From Antedon mediterranea (taxonomy: Eukaryota > Animalia > Echinodermata): a stretch of DNA of 64,000 nt. Position numbers and translations under genes: made by a program. The stretch spans positions 21,745,432 through 21,809,431 of the forward strand of contig NC_092679.1 in NCBI RefSeq assembly GCF_964355755.1, written 5' to 3'. The notes below the pieces were generated by a model. The model was given only the letters and a program-made list of their open reading frames with translations. It made no database searches and was not told the DNA's origin. Shown in pieces: positions 46,301-57,918 of the stretch; the first letter of the stretch is position 1; each line of letters starts with the position of its first letter.

Positions 46301-48269
46301 TCCAATCTTGCTGTTGCTACGAAGATCTGCAAGTGCAACCTGAAACCAAAAAGATGATGAAAGAGTGATGATAATTTATATGAAAAGTGATGATAAAGAT
46401 GTTGAAAAAGTGATGATATAATTGTAACGATGATGAAAATGATAATGAAAAAAAGTGATAATGTCATGATTAAAAAGATGGAAAGTGTTGAAAGGTGATG
46501 ATAATGATGATGAAAAAGTGATGAGAATTACAAAAAGGTGTTAATGATGATGAAAAAGTGATGGTAATGATGATGGAAAATTGAGTTAATGATAGAAAAT
46601 TGAAGATGATGAAAAGGTGAAAATAATGATGATAAAAAAGTGATGCTATTGTCATGATGAAAACTGATGATAATAATTTTGAAAAAGTTGGTGAAAAGGC
46701 ATTAATTATTATGAAAAGTGATGATAATGTCATGATAGCAAGACAAAAATTTACTTTACCTTCATAGCCTCCTCATCTTTGCCTAAGCATGCCTGGGTAA
46801 TGTGTACATAATACTCACTCAATGGATCTGTGAGTGTCGGACCTAATGTAACTAAAAAGGAAAAAAATCTTCATTTTCTTTAAATACAATTGTAGTACTG
46901 TATGACTCCATAGAGACCTGTACAAAGCATTTATTTTAACCAATCAGATTGAATAATTTTACCTGATGATGTTTTTGATAGACTATTCACTTTGTTGACT
47001 CCTTCAAAAGCTATCCATTGCGCTATAGAGGAATTAATAAAAGAATATAATGTCAGAATAATCTAATCCTAAAACTAAATAAGCTCAATCTCTGATCCTT
47101 CATTAACATTAATGATCACCAAATTCAATCGCCTTCTAGTAAGCCTAGAAGTTATTGTGCTGGCCACCAATTATGGAATGCTTCTATTTACATGACACAT
47201 TGTACTTGACCTTGTCTTTTGGGTTAGGCCGTCATTACTCACCATTGCCTAGACGGATGTTTTTTTAGGGGTATCTTCTTTGGCCAGTGATTCAACTTGG
47301 TCTAAGCCAAATAAATTTGATAAATATTTGGTCTTGGCAGCGCACCATAAAGTTGGCCGTTCCATACGTGGTGACCTAAGTGACCATTTATATAATACTG
47401 TACCTTGAACAGAAGCCTCGCCATTGTTCTGAGGATGCTTAATGTCCAATGATACATCAGCCAGGCTAATTTCTCTGTCATCAATAAAGTAAACATCTGC
47501 ATCCTTGTTGTGTCGAAATGCTCGAATATCCTTTAAATTGCCTCCACAAATTGGCTTAAAAGTAAACACAAAATAATTAGTTAATATGAACAATTTGTTA
47601 TCGGAATAAACTATTGAATATGCATACAGCTTACAGTAGTTCGGTATATGTTATTTCTTTTGTTGTGTCAATTTTTTTACAAATGTATTTATTTTTTCGG
47701 TTATCAGTCAATCGGGACTACAGATCGGGTTCCAGGCAATTAAATTAGGCTCATAATTTTAAAAAACTCTTCCACCACTTGATGTATCCATACCTCTACA
47801 TCGCTCCAACGTAAAGCTCTATTGAAATCTTCATGTGTAAGTTTCTTTCGTCGGCCATGCTTCATAAACTGTACGCTTGACTAAAAAAGAAAGTTTTAAA
47901 ATTAAAAGATAAACAATATCAATTTAAATTGTTAATTAAAAATGTTTAAATTAAGTTAATAATAATTATTAATATTATTGTTGGAAATCTTGAATCATTC
48001 CATACGGTAGTATTAAACTAGTAAGCCTCCTTGTGGCCCCATGTGCTATACGACTGATACTGTATTACCGATATATCTACTTTTGGGTTTTCCTAGGCTA
48101 GGCCGAAGTAATCGATCATACTTACTTGAGCCGCTTCTCTAAGCCGGTAGGTCACATCTTCGGCAAGAGCCGCGGCGATGTCCTCCGGTAGACCATTGAA
48201 GCCTGCAGATTCAGCAATCAGTTTAATGGATTCTGTTGATAAAACAGCATATTTTCTTTCTTCTGACAT
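43339..48269 (-). CDS. TAF6L: TAF6-like SAGA/PCAF complex subunit, ~575 aa
   Basis: Exons (minus strand) 48269-48126, 47880-47794, 47554-47404, 47022-46963, 46842-46760, 46339-46166, 45572-45448, 45328-45196, 44841-44713, 43980-43339; phases consistent, 1728 nt. Histone fold MSEERKY..LAEDVTYRLREAAQSSVQFMKHGRRKKLTHEDFNRALRWSDVE; TAF6L-type EPLTASLNPLNDHWLLRD and DPLRSLCSQYGA. Confidence 0.93.
46350..46738. repeat. Low-complexity (GAT/AAA)-rich degenerate microsatellite filling TAF6L intron 5
   Basis: gatgatgaaaaagtgatgataat-like motifs repeated throughout. Confidence 0.75.
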
Positions 48270-48635
48270 GATTCATGTGAATTATAGATAGTACATCTTA
48301 CCAAATAAGATTAGCATGTAGGCTAGCAATATCAAAACATGATTTATTTTTACCCCTCTTCGTTTCTTTAGTCTTCGCGAGAGGTGGTGGTGGTGGTGAC
48401 GGTGTGTGGTTAAAAATACAGAAAGAGCGCCCCCTACAAGTGTGAATTGCGGTAACTATAAATACATTTTTTTAGCGCGCGATTACATCAGTAGGCCTAC
48501 TTTTATACCTCCATGCTTTGATCATATAAATATTATAATTCACGATATCTCTATGCTTTGATAATTCACAAGTTTTTAAATCATATATCCATTATGATCA
48601 TTATAATCATATAAATGCCGTTTTAAGAAAATTTT

Positions 48636-48708
48636 CGACCACGATGGGACTCGAACCCACAATCTTCCGATTCGAAGTCGGACGCCTTATCCATTAGGCC
48701 ACGCGGCC
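48636..48708 (-). tRNA. tRNA-Arg(TCG), consensus copy
   Basis: GGCCGCGTGGCCTAATGGATAAGGCGTCCGACTTCGAATCGGAAGATTGTGGGTTCGAGTCCCATCGTGGTCG; cloverleaf, A/B boxes, anticodon TCG. Confidence 0.95.
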
Positions 48709-48860
48709 GTTTTACAGCCAAAACATTTAATAATTGTTTATGTAAACCTAAGTACAATTATGTTATGGTAAAAGTTTGTTTTCATAGAGTACCATTGAAT
48801 AAATCTTTCTTTGAATAGACCCTACAAAAAAACGTTGCTACGCCAAAATGTATCGACCAA

Positions 48861-48933
48861 CGACCACGATGGGACTCGAACCCACAATCTTCCGATTCGA
48901 AGTCGGACGCCTTATCCATTAGGCCACGCGGCC
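48861..48933 (-). tRNA. tRNA-Arg(TCG), consensus copy
   Basis: Identical to the 48636-48708 copy; T-run terminator downstream. Confidence 0.95.
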
Positions 48934-49444
48934 ATCACATAGTTGTTGAAGCTTGATCATATTATTGTCTAGGACTCACCACAAGGCAATGGTAAGCGCA
49001 ATTTAAACAATTATGACATGACACGATGGATCATCCGAACTTGCGCGTACGTCTTTGCGTTGCGCGCGCCGAGTGAGAAAAACTTTTCATTGTACCTTTT
49101 TCTCAAACATGTATTGTCCCCCAAAAACATGAAAAATGAAGATTAATAAAATCAGACTTTGAATAGGCCATTTTGTAGTTTTAACAAAGTTAATCACTTC
49201 CGTAGAAAAGAGAAAACCCCAAAATAATGTTTTCACTTATAAAATGACAAAATAAATGGTTAAATTACAGTTTTTTTTAGATAAATAACATTTTTTTTCG
49301 ATCAAATTTTTGGTCAAAGTGAATAACTATTATGTGATATTAAAATTACATATCCAATAAAAAAAATGTTTAAAAAAATGTCAGGGGGACTATATATATA
49401 CACTATATACACCTTTAACTTTATCTAATAAAATTCTGTATAAC

Positions 49445-49517
49445 GGCCGCGTGGCCTAATGGATAAGGCGTCCGACTTCGAATCGGAAGATTGTGGGTTC
49501 GAATCCCATCGTGGTCG
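49445..49517 (+). tRNA. tRNA-Arg(TCG), the only plus-strand copy
   Basis: Consensus except T-loop GTTCGAATC; followed by a TTTTT terminator. Confidence 0.95.
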
Positions 49518-50016
49518 ATATCTTTTTGCATAGCGTCTCCAAACAAGCTATTTTGGCACTAAATGATGCCTGTATACAGCCTAGCCAAAGTGTGTTTCGA
49601 TTTCCATAAATAACACACACTATAATCATCAATCTGACATGATGATATATCCAACAAAATAATTGATGACCGAAATAAAAATAATTCAATCGCAAATGTC
49701 AACATAGAATTGCACCGATCTGAGATATAGAGTGTATATAACCCATAATCCGTGACACTTCAAAAGAAATGCTCAAATAGAATTTATTGCTAGTTGTTTT
49801 AGTGGAACGTTCACGATGGTAATAAAAACGGCTCTCACGATGCTTATGCTGACCACATATATCTATATATAATATGAACCACAAGACTCAGTCTACGTAA
49901 ATGACTTGGTATGAAACGCCTTTGTTGATCATGTAGACAATGATGTTATGGTAAAAGTTTGACCATTATTCATTCAATCTTTATTTAAAAGACAGAGACG
50001 CCATGCAAAAATATAC

Positions 50017-50089
50017 CGACCACGAAGGGACTCGAACCCACAATCTTCCGATTCGAAGTCGGACGCCTTATCCATTAGGCCACGCTGCC
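50017..50089 (-). tRNA. tRNA-Arg(TCG) variant (acceptor-stem and T-stem mismatches)
   Basis: Two substitutions versus consensus (GGCAGCG start; CCCTT in T stem). Confidence 0.75.
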
Positions 50090-50634
50090 ATCACAAAGTT
50101 GTAAGAGCTCGATCGCGAGTCGCGAGAAAGTGTCCTACCCTATATGGGTTGTACCAAAGGTGTGTGGTACTAGGCCTAATTATAATCGTTTGAAAGTCTG
50201 TTTAAAAGTGATTTAATCTTGCACTTTTAGCGTCCCATAAACCTGCATTTGAAATAAACCAGGAGCACAGTCTACGAGTCGTCTCTATCAATTTGTTTAA
50301 CGAAACACTAACAGTTTACACTACGACCGGCCATTAAATGATTATTGGCGTTCTCTTATACTAAATAATAGTAAATCACAACTGCATATTACTTGTTTAA
50401 ATGACAAACATTGCATAGATCGTGTTCACACTAACATCAATATGGGTCAAAGTGTCCTTAAATAAAAATTCCGAAGGAAATTCAGATTATTGAGATAAAA
50501 ACTAACTTCGAAATATTAAGATAGATCGAACTGTATAAATAGAAGTCGGACGCTTTTAATACCCATTAGCTTGCACACGGTAGAGTTTTACCGTAATTCA
50601 ATAGCAAAGTTTAATAATGTCGACAAAAAATATA

Positions 50635-50707
50635 CGACCACGATGGGATTCGAACCCACAATCTCCCGATTCGAAGTCAAACGCCTTATCCATTAGGCCA
50701 CGCGGCC
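50635..50707 (-). tRNA. tRNA-Arg(TCG) variant with weakened anticodon stem (three G-U pairs), possibly a pseudogene
   Basis: Anticodon arm TTTGA-CTTCGAA-TCGGG. Confidence 0.7.
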
Positions 50708-51051
50708 ATCACAAAGTAAAATATTTTTGGAAAATTTACTACCGTAAAGATAAAAATAAAATGATCCACAAGATAAAACTTTATGAAATAAAGGTACAAT
50801 TACGATTGTAAAAGTGTGTTCAGATTAATACCTTGAGAGGTTGAAATAAGGTGTAAAACCGTATACATTACAACCAGTTTCTATGTCGGTCTGTTGGTCG
50901 GTCGGTAAAGACTTACTCAAATTGGCGCACGCGACTGCAGCCATGTATATGACTTTTTTTTAGATAGTTTCTCAGTTACGTAAAATTAAAATCTACATTT
51001 TCTTTCAGTAGATTCTATGTATTATATATTATATATTATAATAAAAGTTAT

Positions 51052-51124
51052 CGACCACGATGGGACTCGAACCCACAATCTTCCAATTCGAAGTCGGACG
51101 CCTTATCCATTAGGCCACGCGGTC
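51052..51124 (-). tRNA. tRNA-Arg(TCG) variant
   Basis: GACCGCG start; one G-U pair in the anticodon stem. Confidence 0.85.
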
Positions 51125-51251
51125 GTACGAAGTATGATCATTTTCTCCTGCAGTAAATTCTTTTAGACGGTTTACCAGTTACGTAAAATTAAAATCTACA
51201 TTTTCTTTCAGCAGACCCCATTTTGAAAATATATATTTTACTAAAATGTAT

Positions 51252-51324
51252 CGACCACGATGAGACTCGAACCCACAATCTTCCGATTCGAAGTCGGACG
51301 CCTTATCCATTAGGCCACGCGGCC
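51252..51324 (-). tRNA. tRNA-Arg(TCG) variant
   Basis: One C>T in the T stem (G-U pair). Confidence 0.88.
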
Positions 51325-51649
51325 TTCACAAAGTAAAATATTTTTTGAAAATTTACTACCCTAATAATAAAAATAAAATGATCCACATGATAAAACTTTA
51401 TGGAATAAAGGTACAATGACGCTTGTAAAAGTTTGTTCAGATTAATACCTTTAGAGGTTGAAATAAAGTGTAAAATCGTATGTATTATAACCATTTTCTA
51501 TGTCGGTCTGTTGACACTTACTCAAATTGGCGCACGCGACTGCAGCCATGTATATGACTTTTTTTTAGATAGTTTCTCAGTTACGTAAAATTAAAATCTA
51601 CATTTTCTTTCAGTAGATTCTATATATTATATATTACACTAAAAGTTAT

Positions 51650-51722
51650 CGACCACGATGGGACTCGAACCCACAATCTTCCGATTCGAAGTCGGACGCC
51701 TTATCCATTAGGCCACGCGGCC
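51650..51722 (-). tRNA. tRNA-Arg(TCG), consensus copy
   Basis: Identical to consensus. Confidence 0.95.
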
Positions 51723-51823
51723 GTACGAAGTATAATCATTTTCTCCTGCAGTAAATTCTTTTAGACGGTTTATCAGTTACGTCAAAATTAAAATAAACAC
51801 TTTCTTTTTTTACTAAGATGTAT

Positions 51824-51896
51824 CAATCACGATGGGACTCGAACCCACAATCTTCCGCTTCGAAGTCGGACGCCTTATCCATTAGGCCACGCGGCC
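51824..51896 (-). tRNA. tRNA-Arg(TCG) variant, probably impaired (acceptor-stem and anticodon-stem mismatches)
   Basis: 3' end CGTGATTG; anticodon arm TCCGA-CTTCGAA-GCGGA. Confidence 0.65.
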
Positions 51897-52026
51897 GTGG
51901 TATGCATTATAACCGTTTTCTCTACAGTAACTTCTTTTTAAAAGTTTCAGTGAATCACGTAAAATTAAAATCTACATTTTCTTTCAGAAGATTCTATGTA
52001 TTACATTATATTGTACTAAAAATTAT

Positions 52027-52099
52027 CGACCACGATGGGACTCGAACCCACAATCTTCCGATTCGAAGTCGGACGCCTTATCCATTAGGCCACGCGGCC
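52027..52099 (-). tRNA. tRNA-Arg(TCG), consensus copy
   Basis: Identical to consensus. Confidence 0.95.
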
Positions 52100-52178
52100 G
52101 TATGGATAACAAACATTTTCTCAACAGTAAATTCTTTCAGTAGACCCTATTTAGAAAATGTATTATACTAAAATGTAT

Positions 52179-52251
52179 CGATCACGATTGGACTCGAACA
52201 CACAGTCTTCCAATTTGAGGTCGGACACCTTATCCATTAGACAACAAATAT
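52179..52251 (-). pseudogene. tRNA-Arg-derived pseudogene with anticodon mutated to TCA
   Basis: Minus strand ..TTGTCTAATGGATAAGGTGTCCGA-CC-TCA-AA-TTGGAAGACTGTGTGTTCGAGTCCAATCGTGATCG; 5' acceptor strand not conserved. Confidence 0.8.
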
Positions 52252-53028
52252 TGGAAAACTTGTTACGACCAACAAAAATGTAAAAACTTCCACAAAAAGT
52301 AGGTACAATCAACATTTGGTAATTCAGTTTAATATTATTATGATATATAATATGTATAGGCCTATCAAACCACAATTTAAACACATATATCTATACATAT
52401 CTCATATATGTATAGAACTTTTTATACCATATCAGACGTAGTTATATACAGCGTCTGCAACCAAATTAATTTTCCACCAATGAAAATATTATATGGGTTA
52501 TTCACTATGTCACGTGCTGTAGTTTTTCACTTTGGTTGACCAATCAGCAACAAGGAAACCATAATCACCGGCATGTTTATTTCTTACCGCAATTTGTCAA
52601 ATGATAGGCCTACCATCCGTGACTTTTATCTGTCTGGGCCAGTCATTAGTACCCAAAGCAAAGGGCAAACATTCTAGCGGGTGAAGAGGTTTAGTGGAGA
52701 CCACACGACAGTATAGGGCCTAAGTCTACTTGTATTCGCCACGGTACTGCAAAACTGGATATACGGTAATCCTATAATAATGACGGTGTGTGAAAGTTTG
52801 TTTTGTTGGAAGTTTGCACCTTAGTGCATAAACTAGTAGCCTATACCGTGAGATAGAAAAGTCGTATACAGAACGTAATTTTGTTAAAATTTCATTTTAC
52901 GACAACAATGGAACATTTAAATCTTTATTTAAATACACCCTATTTTTAGGAATTAATATCACGATTATTCAGGACAGAATAAATTGATAAAAGTTTATAT
53001 CTGAAATACTGAAGAAAAAGAGATTAAA

Positions 53029-56000
53029 ATGTTAGCAAGTACTGTTCCTACTTATTTATCTTATCCAAAATTGTTGCCACATTTTATTGACGGTGGAAGT
53101 TTCATGAAGTCTGTTCCTATGCATGTAAGCCTATGGCATTATCACCAAGACATTGGTCAACCCACGGCGTGTCAATACGTTTCCACCGGGAACATTTCTG
53201 CTGTAGACGAGAAAGTTTCTAATAAAACTACGCCTAAGTCGACGCGGAAAACATCTGAGAGTGATGATGGTGTTACTAATAATGAAAAGGACACAATGGA
53301 AACCGACTCAGCAAATACCCCTTCTCGGCAAACAACAATCGGTAAACTTAGTTTTGGAATTGACAGGATTTTACAGGGATCCAGTGGAAGCGAAAATCGA
53401 GCTAAGAAAAAAAGTTGTGGGCCTAGCGAGAAGCCGCAAAATAACAAAGGTAAGAGTCACAACTTTCTAATATAATATGTTGTTACTTCTTTTTTGTAGA
53501 TACAGTAGCCTACTTTATTTAAAAATAACTTTAAAAAGATAAAACGAGTTTTATATCTATTAAGATACAGTATTCAGTCTTAGGCCTAATTGCTTTTTTA
53601 TAGGCCAATCTACCGCATATTAAAAAATATATTGTTTATTACTACACTGGATGTGTAAATATACTGAAATATCTATTCTATCGACAGTATAATTGTACTG
53701 TATAAGGTAAAATTGAACAATACAAATTAGAATTTTCCTTAATAATTTGTGTAAAAATCTCCACAACATCATGATTTTCGCACATTATGGGATTAACCAT
53801 TCCAAAGGAAGTATTTTCAAATATGAAGTTGGAAAATTTTGTTATTTTGAAGCTCGGTCAATTATGTTGTAATAAATATTTAAGTTAGTTGTAAAAGGTA
53901 ATATTTGTTTAGATTAATTGTAATGCAAATCAGAAACGCATAACACATAAAAACGTTCTACATACTAAACATAATATATTTATATTAATTGTTGGCTATG
54001 ATTTTTATAAAATGGTATCATTTTCATTGTAGCAAAGTATCCTTTAATACACCGAGAAAAAACTTCAACAAATAAGGAATCGTCTCCGAACCACCAGGAA
54101 TCGTCTGCGATTCGTCGCCGAGAAACGTCTTCTGTCGACCAAGAATCGTCGGCAATCCATCGGGAACCATCTTCCATTTATCGAGAACCATCTTCGAGCC
54201 ATCGGGAATCGTCTCCAATCCATCGGGAGTCATCTTCCAACCATCGAGAACCGTCTTCGATACATCGGGAATCGTCTCCAATACATCGGGACCCATCTTC
54301 CATTTATCAAGAACCATCATCGATACATCGGGAATCACATCCAATCCATCGGGAAACATCTTCCATTTATCGTGAACCGACTTTCCATCGGGAAATATCT
54401 TTGGTCCACCGGGATTCGTCAACAATCCACAGGGAACCATCTGTATCTCACCATATCTTCGACAAACCTGCAGAGTTCTCATGGGAAACGTATGGAAACA
54501 GCATGAAACATCAACAAATGAATTTCCAACAGATTTGGCTTCCACCGACACTTCGTAACGATCATGCCATGGCTCTAGATAGAGTATGCTTATGCTCTGC
54601 CTGCTTAGGAGGTATGTAAAAATATAATTAATGTTCAAATATTTAGTAAACCATTGTTAGAATCCGTCAGTCATCTGCATCATCAATTTTTAAGTTTATT
54701 TATATCAATGGAAAAATTGCAACATTGAGGAACAGAAATGTTTTAAACAATATTTCCACTTTGATCTTTAGAAAGAACTAAAAACTGACTCAAACAATAA
54801 CAATGTAACATTTTTACAACTTTTTCTCAAAATGTAATTTTAACCTTTTTAAATATTTGTATATTTTATATTTAATTTCTTTGTGGAAGGCCACTCAACT
54901 TAGATTTGTTATAACATTTAGGTTGAATCCTGTCTCATTGATTGTGTTCTGTCTTCATGTTTCATTGTTTACACTGGTGAAATAAATGATAAAAAGCAAA
55001 ATACATCAACAGCAACAACAACAAACAAACAATAACAGCAAATAAATAATTAAATACAGCTCAAAATAATGTAAAAAAAAAACAAGTAAAATCACTTTGA
55101 TATTTACTTTCATTTAATAAGCTATCATCAATTACACAAGTCTTGTTACTAAGAACTTATCGAATAATAATTGTAAGTGTCAACTACCAAGTAAAGTAAC
55201 CCTTTATTACAAATTAGATTACCGATAAAATTGTAGCGTACGGCGGTACATTAACTTTTAAGTAAGTTTTCGGTGTTTGTTACAGCACCACGACTAGCCT
55301 ACGGTCACGAGTCAGCATCTACCAAACCAATAGTGATATAAATATTAGTTCCCTGGATAATAACAATCGCTTTTAACCACAACAAATACAGATGTCATCA
55401 AATATAGTAGAAGGTTATATTGAAAGTTGGCTGGCACTGCAGTTAAAGCTTGGTTCCCACTAGAACGTAACGCAAGGACGTAAACGCAACGCAAGCGTTT
55501 TAACCAATGACAAGCGAAGTTATAGACAAGCGAATAAGTCATCGCTTGTGATTGGTCAATTCACTTGCGTTGCGTTACGTCCTTGCGTTGCGTCGCTAGT
55601 GGGAACCACTTTAAGCATAATAAGCCCGGAGCTTCTGGAATTAGACCGCTACATTATTACAAAAGCTTTAGGCCTAGCCTAACCGAAAGTTTCGCGTTCA
55701 TCAATGGTAGAAAAAAGTTTCATTTCCCGGAGCAAACATTTCCATATTTCCCCTGCGCTTTCCTCAAATAATACATTTCGTTACATCTTGTTTTAATATA
55801 AAGTATTCATGACATCTGTCTGTACAGATAGAATACTGAATTTATTTGTATCAATATTTTTGCCGCAAGAAATAAAACAAAACAAGAAACTCTCATGTCA
55901 GAAGTTGTTAAACTGATGGCTACTAAGCAGTACCGGTAGCCAAAATCGAGAAAAGATCAGCTTTATGTCCGACTGGTTACAATTTTATCCCGCTACAACA

Positions 56001-57918
56001 AATTATAAATTATAAGAATTACGCGCCATTGTGAACGAAATAAAATGATTTAAACACCAAAATAGAATTTAGATAGTTTTATTCTAAATAACAAAGGATA
56101 ATATATTGAATCTGAAACGGTTTTCAGCTGATGAAAGAATGACAAATTAAAACTTTTATGAAATGATTTGTTTACTGTTATTATATAATGAAATGATTTG
56201 TTTGTTATTATATAATGTGATGCTGTGTATTGTTGGACTTGGTGTATATTTGTTGTTTGTTGGTTTGTTTATCTAAATTGTGATTGGTTGGTTGTTTTCC
56301 TAAATGTTTGTTACCTTGGTGTTTATTGCTGATTGGTTCATGGAGAAATAACTTATTTACTTTCCATAATAACAATTTCATGTTACGTTAGGTCAGAAGT
56401 TCGGGTTTAAGTTGAAAATACTGTTTATATATTTTAGGATGCATGAGTAGAAACATACTTTACAAAAAAAAAATCCCAACATATAACTATGTACACTTTA
56501 GGCATCAAACCAAATGGCAAACTCGTTTTCTGTGTTTCTTCTTTTTATTTCTTAAAACTTGAAAATAATATTCAAAAGCTTATTTAGTTAGAAAATATGT
56601 TATTATGAACACATATGATAACGTCTCATTATTGTCTACACTTTTGTTTTAATTACATGTGATTTCTCCTTAAATGGATAAATGAAATAATGGTGTTTTG
56701 TAAAACAAAAAGTCATGCCACCAAGACGTCTACTTGAGGAAATCAAAATAGCGTTATCACAATCAGATAGCGTAATATTGCACATCATTAGTCATTCAAT
56801 TCATAACTCACATATTGGAATGTCTCTTCGTAAGATAAGAAAGAATGTCAACATCTTGGCTTAAAAGTTATCTAATTAAATATTCAACGCTCATGGTGAT
56901 TAGATCGCGCAGTGTGCCTAATTTGCATAAACGCGCATGTACGTGCGATGTACCTGGTGTTAATAATACAGGTAACTATTCGTACAGTGTTCGTATAAAT
57001 AACAAGTCAATGAATGACAATCAAACACAAATTAAATCCACAATAATAACAAATTGACAATTTGACTTTTATGTATTTTATATAGGTTCGTCTTTGAAGC
57101 CTAGGTCTCTTTGGCAGGCGGTAAATCAACAGCCTTCTTCTAGTCATTTTGCCGGGGCTGTAAAGCGAAAGAGGAGCTGGTCTAGGGCTGTGTTTACTAG
57201 CCTTCAAAGAAAGGGACTTGAAAAAAGATTTGATGTACAGAAGTACGTGAACAAGCCTGATAGGAGGCAACTCGCTGCTGCTTTAGGACTGACAGATGCC
57301 CAGGTACAAAAAAATACAGTTTTTACTAAGCATTTCCTTGTAATGAAAAATATTGATTCCACCGGAGGGCTGTTGAGCCCACCGAGCAGTGAGACGGCAA
57401 AAGGCTGAAAATGGACCACCACAACACTGTGGTAACCCCTATTCGAAATATGCACAAGATTCTCTGCCACGAGTGGTTTGCAGTGCCTATTTCTTTTTTT
57501 TTTGTCAATCTTATCACATCCAATACAACGAAACTAAATTGCAATGAAATTAAATAAGGAGGTCTTATTGGAACTAAGCATGTCAATAACCGTTGTATCA
57601 TTTCAGTATTTAACGATGGCATTGTCTCAACTGAAGTATACTTCCAATTCCGTCTCAATGAACTTTCATAAAAAAATTTAACTTACATCATTCAAATTAT
57701 TTATAAACAAACTATTCCATCATTAAAATGTTATTCTTCTTCATTTTAAGGTGAAGGTTTGGTTTCAAAATCGTCGTATGAAATGGCGCCAGAATCAGAA
57801 ACAGACGAAAGATAACTCGTGCCAGATATCAACAGGCGGTAATGTCGACAAATCGTCTGCTACTACCGATGCACAAGATGAATTATCAAACAGTAACATT
57901 ACAGATGACAAATGCTAA
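53029..57918 (+). CDS. HLX: H2.0-like homeobox transcription factor Hlx, ~461 aa
   Basis: Exons 53029-53449, 54033-54611, 57086-57303, 57751-57918; phases 1/1/0 consistent, 1386 nt. eh1 motif KLSFGIDRIL in exon 1; homeodomain KRKRSWSRAVFTSLQRKGLEKRFDVQKYVNKPDRRQLAAALGLTDAQ|VKVWFQNRRMKWR is the Hlx signature. Confidence 0.93.
54071..54450 (+). repeat. Coding 21-bp tandem repeat (~18 heptapeptides, consensus HRE(S/P)S(S/P)I) in Hlx exon 2
   Basis: cat cgg gaa (t/c)c(g/a) tct (t/c)c(a/c) at(c/t) units in an open frame with valid splice sites on both sides. Confidence 0.85.
55447..55611. mobile_element. PIF/Harbinger-like MITE family B, best-preserved copy, in Hlx intron 2
   Basis: taa-AGCTTGGTTCCCACTAG...CTAGTGGGAACCA..-taa; internal inverted aacgcaaggacgtaa arms. 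Confidence 0.8.

Noticed and set aside
46258-46733. Hydrophobic Phe/Ile/His-rich minus-strand ORFs
   Set aside because: Low-complexity intron of TAF6L; the flanking exons join in frame without it
52179-52251. Selenocysteine tRNA or functional opal suppressor
   Set aside because: Clearly derived from the neighbouring Arg tRNAs; short variable loop, C33, unpaired acceptor stem
50617-52384. Short ORFs overlapping the tRNA array
   Set aside because: Chance translations of tRNA genes and their spacers
54024-54638. 204-aa antisense ORF over Hlx exon 2
   Set aside because: Shadow of the 21-bp coding repeat; splice sites and phases support the plus strand
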